NCBI GenBank assembly: GCA_046484865.1
Contig: JAWOID010000116.1
Location: 1 to 64,000, forward strand
DNA length: 64,000 bases
Direction of reading: 5' to 3'
Origin: Candidatus Krumholzibacteriia bacterium
GTDB taxonomy: Bacteria; Krumholzibacteriota; Krumholzibacteriia; LZORAL124-64-63
The translations under genes and the position numbers were made by a program. The notes beneath the pieces were generated by a model. That model ran no database searches, was not told the origin of the DNA, and saw only the letters and a program-made list of their open reading frames with translations. Position 1 is the stretch's first letter; the number at the start of each line of letters is the position of its first letter. This document shows, piece after piece, positions 29,174-38,561 of the stretch.

Positions 29174-29260
29174 CCGGCGTGACTCGAAAGTGGCTACCGG
29201 GAGCGTCGGTGACCGGCCGGGCCGCCGGCCGCGGCCCGGAACCTGCGGACCTACGCGATG

Positions 29261-29289
29261 TTGATCCACGAGTGCCGACGCGCTATATT
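29261..29289 (+). promoter_or_regulatory. Putative promoter (TTGATC-17-TATATT)
   Basis: Consensus-like and directly upstream of tRNA-Ser(GGA). Confidence 0.55.
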
Positions 29290-29317
29290 GGCCGCCGCCG
29301 CGTCCGCGCGGAACGGC

Positions 29318-29405
<88 letters not shown>

Positions 29406-29437
29406 GCCGACAGCGCCGGCGGACGCCCGAAACACCC

Positions 29438-29525
29438 GGAGAGGTGCCGGAGCGGTTGAACGGGACGGTCTCGAAAACCGTTGAACCTTCGGGTTCCCAG
29501 GGTTCGAATCCCTGCCTCTCCGCCA
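29438..29525 (+). tRNA. tRNA-Ser(CGA)
   Basis: ACGGT-CT-CGA-AA-ACCGT anticodon arm and CCA. Confidence 0.96.
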
Positions 29526-29592
29526 GATCACGGGGCGATGCGATCGCCCTCGACGCCGGTCGGGTCCGGCGTTATATTCGAGTCTCGTTCGT

Positions 29593-29669
29593 GGGGATGT
29601 AGCTCAGCTTGGGAGAGCGCCTCGTTCGCAACGAGGAGGTCGGCGGTTCGAGCCCGCTCATCTCCACCA
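29593..29669 (+). tRNA. tRNA-Ala(CGC)
   Basis: G3:U70 in the acceptor stem, CCTCG-TT-CGC-AA-CGAGG arm and CCA. Confidence 0.96.
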
Positions 29670-29679
29670 CGAACTTCCG

Positions 29680-29849
29680 GGGGTGCCGAACCCCCGCACG
29701 GACGGATGGGCCAGGCCCGGTGCGACGCCGGAGCGCTAATCCCGTCAGGACTGGAAAGTAGCAGCGGTACGCCAACTTCGGCGTGTGCGCCGCCAGCCTG
29801 GCCCGCCTTCCCATCCCGCCGCCGTCCGCGGGGCAGCCTCCAGCACCCC
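29680..29849 (+). ncRNA. ffs: Signal recognition particle RNA (core 29708-29804; outer ends uncertain)
   Basis: TCAGG-ACT-GGAA-AGT-AGCAGC helix-8 motif within a GGGCCAGGC/GCCTGGCCC stem, upstream of dnaX. Confidence 0.85.
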
Positions 29850-29870
29850 GCAACACCGATGGGCGCTGCC

Positions 29871-31721
29871 GTGACGTATCTCGCGCTGGCTCGCAAGTAC
29901 CGTCCCGAGACCTTCGCCGACGTGGTGGGACAGGACCACGTCACGGCCACGCTGCGTGCTGCCCACCGCAAGGGGAAGCTCAGTCACGCCTATCTCTTCT
30001 CCGGTCCGCGCGGTTGCGGCAAGACCACCGTGGCACGGCTACTGGCGAAGCTGCTCAACTGTCCCGCGGCCGGCGATGGCGATCCCTGCGGCGTGTGCGA
30101 CACCTGCCGCGGCATCGCCCAGAGTACGTTCCTCGACGTCCTGGAGATCGACGCGGCGAGCCACACCGGCGTGGACAACGTGCGCGAACTGCGGGAGAGG
30201 GCCCAGTACGCCCCCGGCAAGGGCCACAACCGGGTGTTCATCATCGACGAGGTCCACATGCTCTCCAAGGGGGCCTTCAACGCGCTGTTGAAGATCCTCG
30301 AGGAACCGCCTACACGGGTCTTCTTCTTCTTCGCCACCACCGAGCCGAACAAGATTCCGCGCACCATCCTCTCGCGCTGCCAGCGCTTCGATTTCCGCCT
30401 GCTGAACCGGGACGAGCTGGGTGCGCGGCTGACCCGTATCGCGGCCCAGGAGGGGGTGGAACTGGATCCGTCGGGGCAGCGGGTGCTGGTCTCGCTGGCC
30501 GAGGGCAGCATGCGCGACGGCATCAGCCTGCTCGACCAGGCGGTGGCGAGTTGCGGCGAGCGTATCGAGGCGGAGGCGCTCCTGCAACTCTTCGGTATCA
30601 TCCGCTCGGAGATCTACCTGGACCTCAACGATGCCGTGCTGGCGGGCGATGCGGCCGCGGCGCTGCGGCTGGTGGACGAGGTGATCGCCGGCGGGCAGAG
30701 CCTCGATGCGTTCGCCCACGGACTGGTGATGAACTTCCGCAACCTCATGCTGGTGCGGGTGGATCCCGAACTCGGCCGGACCGTGGACCTGCCGCCGGAC
30801 CAGCTGGAGCGCCTGCAGGCACAGGCGCGGCAGCGGCAGCTGGCCGACCTCATGGCGCTGGTCGACCGCGCCGCGCAGAGTTACGAGCGCATCCACCGCA
30901 GCACGCAGCCGCGCGTCCTGCTCGAGGCGGCGGTGGTCGAGTTCTGCCACTTCGAGTCGCGCATCCAGCTGGGGGACCTGCTGCGGCGGCTGGATTCGCT
31001 GACGGCCGCCGGGCCGGCCGGCGGCGGTGCCGCGCCGGCGCACCGACCGGGGAGCGGTTCGCGCGGCGGCCCCGGGAGCGGCGCGCCGCGCCGCGGAACG
31101 GGCGGCGCACGCGGAGGAGCGGCGAGCCGCGGCGGCGAATCGCCCGCCCGCGGACGGGCGGCGGGCACCGGCCGGACGGACGGCGACGACGCGGACGGAC
31201 CGGCCCCGTCGGCAGCGCTGGGCGCCGCCTCGACCATCGCGGGCTGGACCGAGCTGGTGCGCGCCCTGATGGAGACGCATCCCGGACTGGCGGCCTGCCT
31301 CATGGAGGGGTTGCCCTGTCTGGACGAAGCGGCCGGGCGGTTGACGCTGGCCTTCGCTGCCGATCGCTCCTTCCAGTTGCGGCGACTGGAATCCGACCTG
31401 ACCGTGGTGGAGGAGACGATGGCGGCGGTGTGGGGGCGCAAGCTGCGGGTGCAACTGGTACTGGCGGATGCCGGCCGCGATCCCCGGGAGGTGAGCCGCC
31501 TGCTCAGCGAGGTGGCGCCGAGCGATCGCGAGGTCCTGGCGGCGGCCTGCCGCGAGGACGGTCCCCTGGGAGACCTGGTGGAGATGCTCGGGGGCGAGCC
31601 GCTGCCCGAGAGCGAGCGGGAGCGCTGGCGGGCCACCACCGCCGCGGCCGACCCGCAGGAAACCGCCGCGCCGGACGTCACCGGCGGCGCCGAGGAAGGC
31701 GATCCCGAGCCGCGCTCCTGA
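29871..31721 (+). CDS. dnaX: DNA polymerase III subunit gamma/tau
   Basis: YLALARKYRP, GPRGCGKTT, EIDAAS, DEVHML and SRCQRF motifs. Confidence 0.96.
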   Translation: MTYLALARKYRPETFADVVGQDHVTATLRAAHRKGKLSHAYLFSGPRGCGKTTVARLLAKLLNCPAAGDGDPCGVCDTCRGIAQSTFLDVLEIDAASHTGVDNVRELRERAQYAPGKGHNRVFIIDEVHMLSKGAFNALLKILEEPPTRVFFFFATTEPNKIPRTILSRCQRFDFRLLNRDELGARLTRIAAQEGVELDPSGQRVLVSLAEGSMRDGISLLDQAVASCGERIEAEALLQLFGIIRSEIYLDLNDAVLAGDAAAALRLVDEVIAGGQSLDAFAHGLVMNFRNLMLVRVDPELGRTVDLPPDQLERLQAQARQRQLADLMALVDRAAQSYERIHRSTQPRVLLEAAVVEFCHFESRIQLGDLLRRLDSLTAAGPAGGGAAPAHRPGSGSRGGPGSGAPRRGTGGARGGAASRGGESPARGRAAGTGRTDGDDADGPAPSAALGAASTIAGWTELVRALMETHPGLAACLMEGLPCLDEAAGRLTLAFAADRSFQLRRLESDLTVVEETMAAVWGRKLRVQLVLADAGRDPREVSRLLSEVAPSDREVLAAACREDGPLGDLVEMLGGEPLPESERERWRATTAAADPQETAAPDVTGGAEEGDPEPRS

Positions 31722-31756
31722 GCGCGGTCGCGATACCAGCCCGAGGAGAAGGTGTC

Positions 31757-32083
31757 ATGGACTTGCGGGCCCTGATGAAGCAAGCGCAGCAGATCCAGGA
31801 GAAGATGGCCAAGGCCCAGGCGGAACTGGCCACGAAGGAGGTCACCGCCGAGGTGGGCGGGGGCCAGGTGCGGGTCGTGATGAACGGCCGGCACGAGGTC
31901 AAGAGCCTGGAGATCCAGCCCGAGGCGGTGGATCCCGCGGACGTGGAGTTCCTGCAGGATCTCGTCGTCTCGGCCGTGAACGAGGCCAAGCGCAAGGTGG
32001 ACGAGATGGTCGAGAAGGAGATGGGCGGACTCACCGGCGGCATGGGGCTGCCCGGCGGCCTGAACATCCCGGGTCTCGGCTAG
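31757..32083 (+). CDS. ybaB: YbaB/EbfC nucleoid-associated protein
   Basis: LMKQAQQIQEKM...GGGQV...LQDLVVSAVN; lies between dnaX and recR. Confidence 0.93.
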   Translation: MDLRALMKQAQQIQEKMAKAQAELATKEVTAEVGGGQVRVVMNGRHEVKSLEIQPEAVDPADVEFLQDLVVSAVNEAKRKVDEMVEKEMGGLTGGMGLPGGLNIPGLG

Positions 32084-32095
32084 GAGCAGGCGGTC

Positions 32096-32737
32096 GTGGC
32101 CCACCTCCCGGACCCGGACCCGATGCCCGAGAACGGCGGCGGCGACTTCCAGTCCCCCGCCCTGGAGCGGCTGGTGCGCCTCCTGGCGCGCCTGCCGGGG
32201 CTGGGCCGCAAGTCGGCCACCCGGCTGGCTCTGGAACTGATCCAGCATCCCGAGAAGGCGGACCACCTCGCCGGCGCGGTCACCGCCGCCCGGCAGCAGG
32301 TACGCACTTGCAGCGCCTGCGGGGCCATCACCGAGGCCGACCCCTGCGCCTTCTGCACCTCCGCTCGCCGTGACCCGCACGAGATCTGCGTCGTGGCCTC
32401 GCCGGTCGACATCCTGCCCATCGAGCGATCGGGGGTGTACCGCGGCCGGTACTTCGTTCTCGGCGGCCTGCTGTCGCCCCTGGACGGTGTCCGCACCGGC
32501 GACCTCCCGTTCGGCCGGCTGCTCGACCGCGTCCGCAGCGAGGGGGTGACCGAGCTGATCCTCGCGCTCGATGCCAGCGTCGAGGGAGAGACCACCTCGC
32601 TGTACATCCAGCGTCTCCTGCAGGAGACCGGGGTGGTGCTCACGCGCCTCGCCACCGGCATCCCCGTGGGCGGCGCCCTGGCCTACACCGACGAGGCCAC
32701 CCTGCAGCGCGCCTTCCAGTTCCGTCGTTCCCTCTGA
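32096..32737 (+). CDS. recR: Recombination mediator RecR
   Basis: LPGLGRKSA, C4 zinc finger, LGGLLSPLDG and EGETT motifs. Confidence 0.95.
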   Translation: MAHLPDPDPMPENGGGDFQSPALERLVRLLARLPGLGRKSATRLALELIQHPEKADHLAGAVTAARQQVRTCSACGAITEADPCAFCTSARRDPHEICVVASPVDILPIERSGVYRGRYFVLGGLLSPLDGVRTGDLPFGRLLDRVRSEGVTELILALDASVEGETTSLYIQRLLQETGVVLTRLATGIPVGGALAYTDEATLQRAFQFRRSL

Positions 32738-32827
32738 GCGCTCAAGGTCCGCCCGACCGGGTCGATACCGCTAACGGCCGGAGCGAGCGGCGCAGACAGC
32801 GGCATTCCACTCCTTCCTGGAGACGAC

Positions 32828-33325
32828 ATGGTTCGCGCGGAATGGGCCATCTTCGACGAGGACTACTGGGCGATCACCCACGCGCTGGAAGACCTGCTCA
32901 AGAGCAGTCGCGCACGGCACGTGCTGCTCGTGGATCGCACGGGCCAGCTCATCGCCCAGTCCGGCGGGACGGTGGAGTTCGACCTGACGAGCTTCGCATC
33001 GCTCTGCGCCGCGGATTTCGAGGCCAACTACCAGCTGGCCAAGCTGGTGGGGGAGAAGGATTTCTCCACCCTCTACCATCAGGGCGCCCGGGAGAGCATG
33101 TATCTGGGCAAGATCGCGCGGGGCGTGGTGCTCGTGGTGCTCTTCGACCAGCGCACCACTCTCGGTCTCGTGCGCCTGCGGGTCAAGAAGACGGTGGAGG
33201 AGCTCAACGCGGTGATCGACGGCCTCTACCATAAGCTGCAGTATCGCAACGAGGAGTACGACCAGCTGGACGAGGCGTTCACCCAGCAGGCCGAGGCGGA
33301 GATCGACAACCTGTTCGTCGACTGA
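32828..33325 (+). CDS. mglB: Roadblock/LC7 GAP MglB
   Basis: LVDRTGQLIA, LAKLVGEKDF and TTLGLVRLR motifs; adjacent to mglA. Confidence 0.9.
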   Translation: MVRAEWAIFDEDYWAITHALEDLLKSSRARHVLLVDRTGQLIAQSGGTVEFDLTSFASLCAADFEANYQLAKLVGEKDFSTLYHQGARESMYLGKIARGVVLVVLFDQRTTLGLVRLRVKKTVEELNAVIDGLYHKLQYRNEEYDQLDEAFTQQAEAEIDNLFVD

Positions 33326-33367
33326 GAGCGTGCCCGGCGCGGCGCCGGAGCGAGAGAGGTCGTTGAC

Positions 33368-33952
33368 GTGTCCCTGATCAACTACTCGTCGCGCGAGATC
33401 AACTGCAAGCTGGTCTACTACGGACCGGGTCTGGGCGGCAAGACGACCAACATCCAGTATGTCTACGACAAGCTGGCGCCCGAGACCAAGGGCAAGCTGG
33501 TGACGCTCGCCACCGAGATGGACCGCACCCTGTTCTTCGACTTCCTGCCGCTGGAGCTGGGCGAGGTGAAGGGCTTCAAGACCCGCTTCCATCTCTACAC
33601 GGTGCCCGGCCAGGTCTACTACAACGCCAGCCGCAAGCTCATCCTGCGCGGCGTCGACGGCATCGTCTTCGTCGGCGACAGCAGCGAGTCGCGCTTCGAC
33701 GCCAACATCGAGTCGCTCTACAACCTGCACGACAACCTGAAGGAGTACGACCTCTCGCTGGAGAAGATCCCGTTCGTCGTGCAGTGGAACAAGCGCGACA
33801 TGCCCGACGCCCTGCCGATGGACGAGCTCAACGAGGAGCTCAACCCGGAGGGCTTCGAGAGCTTCGAGGGCGTGGCGGTGAACGGCGTCGGCGTGTTCGA
33901 CACTCTCAAGTGCGTCGCGAAGCAGGTGCTGCGTCAGCTGCAGTCCAACTGA
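33368..33952 (+). CDS. mglA: Ras-like small GTPase MglA
   Basis: INCKLVYYGPGLGGKTTN, DRTLFFDFLP, TVPGQ and NKRD motifs. Confidence 0.95.
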   Translation: MSLINYSSREINCKLVYYGPGLGGKTTNIQYVYDKLAPETKGKLVTLATEMDRTLFFDFLPLELGEVKGFKTRFHLYTVPGQVYYNASRKLILRGVDGIVFVGDSSESRFDANIESLYNLHDNLKEYDLSLEKIPFVVQWNKRDMPDALPMDELNEELNPEGFESFEGVAVNGVGVFDTLKCVAKQVLRQLQSN

Positions 33953-33980
33953 TCGCTCCGCCCCCGCCGCCCGCCGGCGG

Positions 33981-34009
33981 TTGACCCCCCTCTCCGCCCC
34001 ATCTATCTT
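33981..34009 (+). promoter_or_regulatory. Putative promoter (TTGACC-17-TATCTT)
   Basis: Consensus-like; upstream of pgpA-cinA-thpR. Confidence 0.55.
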
Positions 34010-34097
34010 CCTGCCGTCGCGACGGTTGCGGGCCAACGTCCGGACGACGTCGCTGCGCAGGCGCCGGCATTTCCGCGGCTAGACGAGGACACACGCC

Positions 34098-34556
34098 TTG
34101 CGACGCTTCCTGCTCTACGCCGTCGGCACGTTCCTGGGTACGGGATTCGCCCCGGTCGCGCCGGCCAGCGTGGCCAGTCTCGCGGTGGCGCTGCTCTGGT
34201 GGTGGGCGGCGCCCGTTCCGGTGGGGGTCCACCTGTTGCTGCTGGTCACGGTCACCGCGGTCGGCGTCCCGGTGGCTGCGGCGCTGGCCCGACGCACCGG
34301 CCGCGTGGATCCCTCGCTCGTGGTGATCGACGAGGTGGCGGGCATGCTCGTCACCTACCTGGGGGTGCCGGCCGGCGGCGCCGGCTGGCTGGTGGGCTTC
34401 TTCTGGTTCCGCGTGTTCGACATCCTGAAGCCGCTGGGCGTGCGGCGGCTGGAGCGGGTGGGCAGCGTCGGCGTGGGCATCATGCTCGACGATCTGGGCG
34501 CCGGCGTGCTGGCGTGCCTGGCGACGCACGTCACGCTCGCGGCACTGGGCTGGTGA
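34098..34556 (+). CDS. pgpA: Phosphatidylglycerophosphatase A
   Basis: DPSLVVIDEVAG, FRVFDILKP and GIMLDD motifs. Confidence 0.9.
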   Translation: MRRFLLYAVGTFLGTGFAPVAPASVASLAVALLWWWAAPVPVGVHLLLLVTVTAVGVPVAAALARRTGRVDPSLVVIDEVAGMLVTYLGVPAGGAGWLVGFFWFRVFDILKPLGVRRLERVGSVGVGIMLDDLGAGVLACLATHVTLAALGW

Positions 34557-34590
34557 CCGCCGGTCCATCCGGGCGAAGGGGGACGCTGCC

Positions 34591-35895
34591 ATGGCCGAGG
34601 TCTGGCAGATCGCCATCGGCGACGAGCTGCTCGGGGGACGGACCGCCGACACCAACAGCCTGCGCGTGCAGCGCGCGCTCGGGACGCCGGCCAGCGGCAT
34701 CCTGGTGGTGCCCGACCGGTACGACGCCATCGTCGCGGCCCTGGCGCGCACGCCGCCGGGCAGCCTCGTGTTCCTCACCGGCGGCCTCGGCTCCACACCC
34801 GACGACATGACCCGGGAGGCGTTGGCCGGCTGGGCCGGCGCGCCCCTCGAGGAGCGTCCGGAGCTGCGCGCCGAGCTGGAGCGACGCGCGCGCGCGCGGG
34901 GGCTGAGCCGCTTCGTGGGGGTGTCCCACCAGGCGCAGGTGCCGCGTGGCTTGACCGCGCTTCCCAATCCCGTCGGCAGCGCTCCGGCGCTCGTGGGCCG
35001 TCTTCGCGGTCGCGACCTCGTGCTGCTGCCCGGGGTGCAGGCGGAGATGGAGGCCCTGCTGCCGGCGGCGTTGGACTGGCTGCGAGCGCGAGGTGTCCTG
35101 CCGCCGCCCGCGCCACGGCGGCTGTGGCGCACCGCCCAGCTGGCGGAACTCGCGGTGGTGCGGATCTGTGCGCCGGTGCGGGAGCGCTATCCTCACCTGG
35201 ACTGGTCGTGGTGGCTGGACCGCTGGGGCGTCGACGTGCGGCTGGCGGTACCGCCGGGGTTCGCGACGGCGGAGGAGGGCGGCGGCGAGGCCTCCGGGCC
35301 GCTTCGCGACCTGGAGGCGGCAGCGGCGGAGCTCGACGCCGCGCTCGCGCCGGTGACCTACGCCCGCGCGCCGGTGTCGCTGGCTCAGTCGGTGCAGGAC
35401 CTGATGCTCGCCCGCGACGTCACCCTCGCGGTGGCCGAGTCGTGCACCGCCGGACTGCTGGCGGCCGCCCTGACCGAGTCCGCCGGCTCGTCGGGCTACT
35501 TCCTCGGCGGTGTGGTCACGTACGCCAACGACGTCAAGCGCGACCAGCTCGGCGTTCCCGAGCCGATGCTCGCGCACCATGGGGCGGTGAGCGAACCGGT
35601 GGCGCGCGCGATGGCGGCGGGCGTGCGCGAGCGCTTCGGTGCCGACTATGCCCTGTCGGTCACGGGCGTGGCCGGGCCCGGCGGCGGCACCGAGGCCAAG
35701 CCCGTCGGTACCACCTGGATCGCCATCGCCACCGGAGAGGCCGTGTTCGCGCGCCGCTTCCGCTTTCCGGCCGATCGCACGCGCAACCGTGCGGTGGCGG
35801 TGGCCACCGCTCTCGATACGCTGCGCCGGGTGCTGTCGGGAGACGAGACGGGCGCGCCCTGGCGCTCCGAGGACAGCTGGGGCTGGGATCCCTGA
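34591..35895 (+). CDS. cinA: CinA (MoCF-like N-domain plus NMN deamidase PncC domain)
   Basis: IGDELL..DTN, TGGLG..DDMT, AESCTAG, GAVSE and TGVAGPGGG motifs. Confidence 0.9.
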   Translation: MAEVWQIAIGDELLGGRTADTNSLRVQRALGTPASGILVVPDRYDAIVAALARTPPGSLVFLTGGLGSTPDDMTREALAGWAGAPLEERPELRAELERRARARGLSRFVGVSHQAQVPRGLTALPNPVGSAPALVGRLRGRDLVLLPGVQAEMEALLPAALDWLRARGVLPPPAPRRLWRTAQLAELAVVRICAPVRERYPHLDWSWWLDRWGVDVRLAVPPGFATAEEGGGEASGPLRDLEAAAAELDAALAPVTYARAPVSLAQSVQDLMLARDVTLAVAESCTAGLLAAALTESAGSSGYFLGGVVTYANDVKRDQLGVPEPMLAHHGAVSEPVARAMAAGVRERFGADYALSVTGVAGPGGGTEAKPVGTTWIAIATGEAVFARRFRFPADRTRNRAVAVATALDTLRRVLSGDETGAPWRSEDSWGWDP

Positions 35896-35925
35896 CCAGC
35901 GGAGCGGGCGGGAGGAGGACCTGCC

Positions 35926-36483
35926 GTGCGGCTCTTCGTCGCCGTCAACCCGGATGAACGATTCCAGCGGTACCTGGCCACCCAGCTCGACGCCTGGCGG
36001 CAGCAGCTGCGGGTGAACTGGTCGCGGCCACGGTCGTGGCACTTCACCCTCGACTTCCTCGGCGACTGGCCGGCCGTTCGCGCGGTGGAACTCCAGGCTG
36101 CGCTGGCCGAGGTGGCCGCCGCGCGGTCGCCGTTCACGGTGACGTGCGGTCAGGTGGGCGCCTTCCCGAGTCTCGCGCGGGCACGGGTTCTGTTCTTGCA
36201 GGCGGAGAGCGGCGGCCGGCTGGAGGAACTGGCGGCGGCGGTGCGGGCGCGAGTGGATGCGGTCTGGCCGGACGGGCCGCAGGACCGCAAGCCCTTCCAG
36301 GCGCATCTGACCTTCGCCCGTATCCGCACCCCCCTGCCGTCCTCCCAGCGGCCGTTGCTGCGGCAGATCCGCTTCGCGCCGTGGGACCCGTTCACGGTGG
36401 ATGCGGTGCGTCTGGTGGAGAGCGATCTCTCCCCGGCCGGCGCGCGGCACACGGACCTCGCGGTGCTGCCGCTGCGCGGCTGA
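35926..36483 (+). CDS. thpR: RNA 2',3'-cyclic phosphodiesterase (2H family)
   Basis: MRLFVA start and two HxT motifs (HFTL, HLTF). Confidence 0.9.
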   Translation: MRLFVAVNPDERFQRYLATQLDAWRQQLRVNWSRPRSWHFTLDFLGDWPAVRAVELQAALAEVAAARSPFTVTCGQVGAFPSLARARVLFLQAESGGRLEELAAAVRARVDAVWPDGPQDRKPFQAHLTFARIRTPLPSSQRPLLRQIRFAPWDPFTVDAVRLVESDLSPAGARHTDLAVLPLRG

Positions 36484-36524
36484 CGCCCGGCGGTGGCGGT
36501 CCGGCGCCCTTTCCGGCTGGCCGG

Positions 36525-36554
36525 TTGCGGCGGTGCGGCGGCCCGTGCTATGTT
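36525..36554 (+). promoter_or_regulatory. Putative recA promoter (TTGCGG-18-TATGTT, extended -10)
   Basis: TGCTATGTT extended -10 in the thpR-recA spacer. Confidence 0.4.
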
Positions 36555-36697
36555 CGCGGCCCGGAACCGGCGCATCCGAAGCCGGCCCGCGCCTCCGCGA
36601 TTCCCGGGCGCAGCGGCGCCCCGGCGTCCCCGGCGGGACGCCCGGACGTTCTCGCGCGACATCTTCCACGCCCTCCTGATCGGTGAGGTGGACCAGT

Positions 36698-37849
36698 ATG
36701 GCTCTGAACAGGAAAGAGGACCGGGCCAAGGCCCTGGAGCTGACCCGCGCCCAGATCGAGAAACAGTTCGGCAAGGGTGCGGTGATGCTGCTGGGCGAGA
36801 ACAAGATCTACGACGAGATCGATGCCGTCTCCACGGGCAGCCTGGCGCTCGACATCGCGCTGGGGATCGGCGGGCTGCCGCGCGGCCGCGTGGTGGAGAT
36901 CTACGGGCCCGAGGGCAGCGGCAAGACGACCGTGGCCCTGTCCACGATCGCCAACTGCCAGAAGACCGGCGGCATGGCCGCCTTCGTCGATGCGGAGCAC
37001 GCGCTGGATCCGACCTACGCGCGGAAGCTCGGGGTGGACATCGACAACCTGCTCGTCTCGCAGCCGGACACCGGCGAGCAGGCTCTGGAGATCACCGAGA
37101 TGCTCGTGCGCTCGGGTGCGGTGGACATCCTCGTGGTGGACTCGGTGGCGGCGCTGGTGCCGCGCGCGGAGATCGAGGGGGAGATGGGCGACCAGCACGT
37201 GGGACTGCAGGCGCGGCTCATGAGCCAGGCGCTGCGCAAGCTCACCGGCGCCATCAGCAAGACCAGCACCCTGGTGATCTTCACCAACCAGATCCGCATG
37301 AAGATCGGCATCATGTTCGGCAACCCGGAGACCACCTCCGGCGGCAATGCTCTGAAGTTCTACGCGTCCGTGCGGCTGGACATCCGGCGCATCGGCGCCA
37401 TCACCCAGGGTGAGGACGTCATCGGCAACCAGGTGCGCGTGAAGGTCGTCAAGAACAAGGTGGCGCCGCCCTTCAAGAAGTGCGAATTCGACATCCTCTA
37501 TGGCGAGGGGATCAGCAAGGAGGGCGACCTCATCGACCTCGGCGTGAACGCCGGCGTGCTGCAGAAGTCGGGGGCCTGGTACAGCCACGGCGAGGAACGG
37601 CTGGGACAGGGACGCGAGAACGTGCGCACCTTCCTCAAGGAGAATCCCGACCTGTACGCCACGATCAAGAGCAAGGTCTTCGCGCACTACGGCATCACCA
37701 CCGTGGCGAGCCGGCAGGCCGCCGGGCAGGCCGCGGCCGCTGGCGCCACCGCGGCCGCCGACGACGCGACGGGCAATGGTGGCAAGGCCGGGACCGCGGC
37801 CGCGGAGACCGGCAGCGAGCGCAAGGGCCGGCGCGCGGCCACCAGCTAG
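36698..37849 (+). CDS. recA: Recombinase A
   Basis: [34 protein letters not shown] and [13 protein letters not shown] motifs. Confidence 0.98.
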   Translation: MALNRKEDRAKALELTRAQIEKQFGKGAVMLLGENKIYDEIDAVSTGSLALDIALGIGGLPRGRVVEIYGPEGSGKTTVALSTIANCQKTGGMAAFVDAEHALDPTYARKLGVDIDNLLVSQPDTGEQALEITEMLVRSGAVDILVVDSVAALVPRAEIEGEMGDQHVGLQARLMSQALRKLTGAISKTSTLVIFTNQIRMKIGIMFGNPETTSGGNALKFYASVRLDIRRIGAITQGEDVIGNQVRVKVVKNKVAPPFKKCEFDILYGEGISKEGDLIDLGVNAGVLQKSGAWYSHGEERLGQGRENVRTFLKENPDLYATIKSKVFAHYGITTVASRQAAGQAAAAGATAAADDATGNGGKAGTAAAETGSERKGRRAATS

Positions 37850-37859
37850 CCGGGCCGTC

Positions 37860-38561
37860 GTGAGCGATCCGGGCGAAGAACGGCCGGCGGGGGCGCGGCT
37901 GCGAGAGATCCGACAGGAGGAGCAGGGCGTCGTCCTGGTGGTGACTCAGGGGGACGCGGTGCAGACCTACACGGTGGCACCGGACGCGGTGCCGTCCGGA
38001 CTGCCGCCGGCGGGCGGAGAGATCGATGCCCCGCTGCTGACCGAGATCCGGCACGCCGCGCTGCGCAAGCAGGCGGCGCGCCGGATCTTCGCGCTCCTGG
38101 ATCGGCGCCTGCGCTCGCGGGCCGACCTGGAGCGGCGGCTGACGGCCGAGGGGTTCGAACGCGAGCACGTGGTCGAGGTCCTCGACGCGTTCGCCGCCGC
38201 CGGGCTCCACTCCGATCACGATTTCGCCGCCGCCTTCTGTCGCGATACGCTGCGCCGCCAGGAGGTGGGGCGGATCTGGCTTCTGTCCAGGCTGCGCGGG
38301 CAGGGTGTGCCCGCCGGCATCGCCGAGCAGACGGTGGCGGCCGAGCTGCCTCCCGCGCACGAGCGCGCCCTGGCGCTCGCCGCGGCCAGGCGGCGCTGGG
38401 GCCGGGAGCCGGCCGGCGACCCGCGCCGGGCCGAGGCGCGCGTCATGCGCTTCCTGGCCTCCCGCGGCTTCCCGGCGGCGCTCTGCCGCGAGGCCGGGCG
38501 CGCGGCCGGCCCGGGCCGGGCGGCGGCGGGCGACCTCGATCCCCGGGAGGACGACCGGTGA
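37860..38561 (+). CDS. recX: Regulatory protein RecX
   Basis: Follows recA; RLRSRADLERRL, DHDFA and RFLASRGF motifs. Confidence 0.85.
   Translation: MSDPGEERPAGARLREIRQEEQGVVLVVTQGDAVQTYTVAPDAVPSGLPPAGGEIDAPLLTEIRHAALRKQAARRIFALLDRRLRSRADLERRLTAEGFEREHVVEVLDAFAAAGLHSDHDFAAAFCRDTLRRQEVGRIWLLSRLRGQGVPAGIAEQTVAAELPPAHERALALAAARRRWGREPAGDPRRAEARVMRFLASRGFPAALCREAGRAAGPGRAAAGDLDPREDDR

Noticed and set aside
24238..29317. Genomic island integrated at tRNA-Arg or tRNA-Ser
   Set aside because: No integrase, no duplicated tRNA 3' end, and composition matches the flanks.
29871..31721. dnaX programmed frameshift or slippage site
   Set aside because: No A-AAA-AAG heptamer or long A-run seen in the gene.
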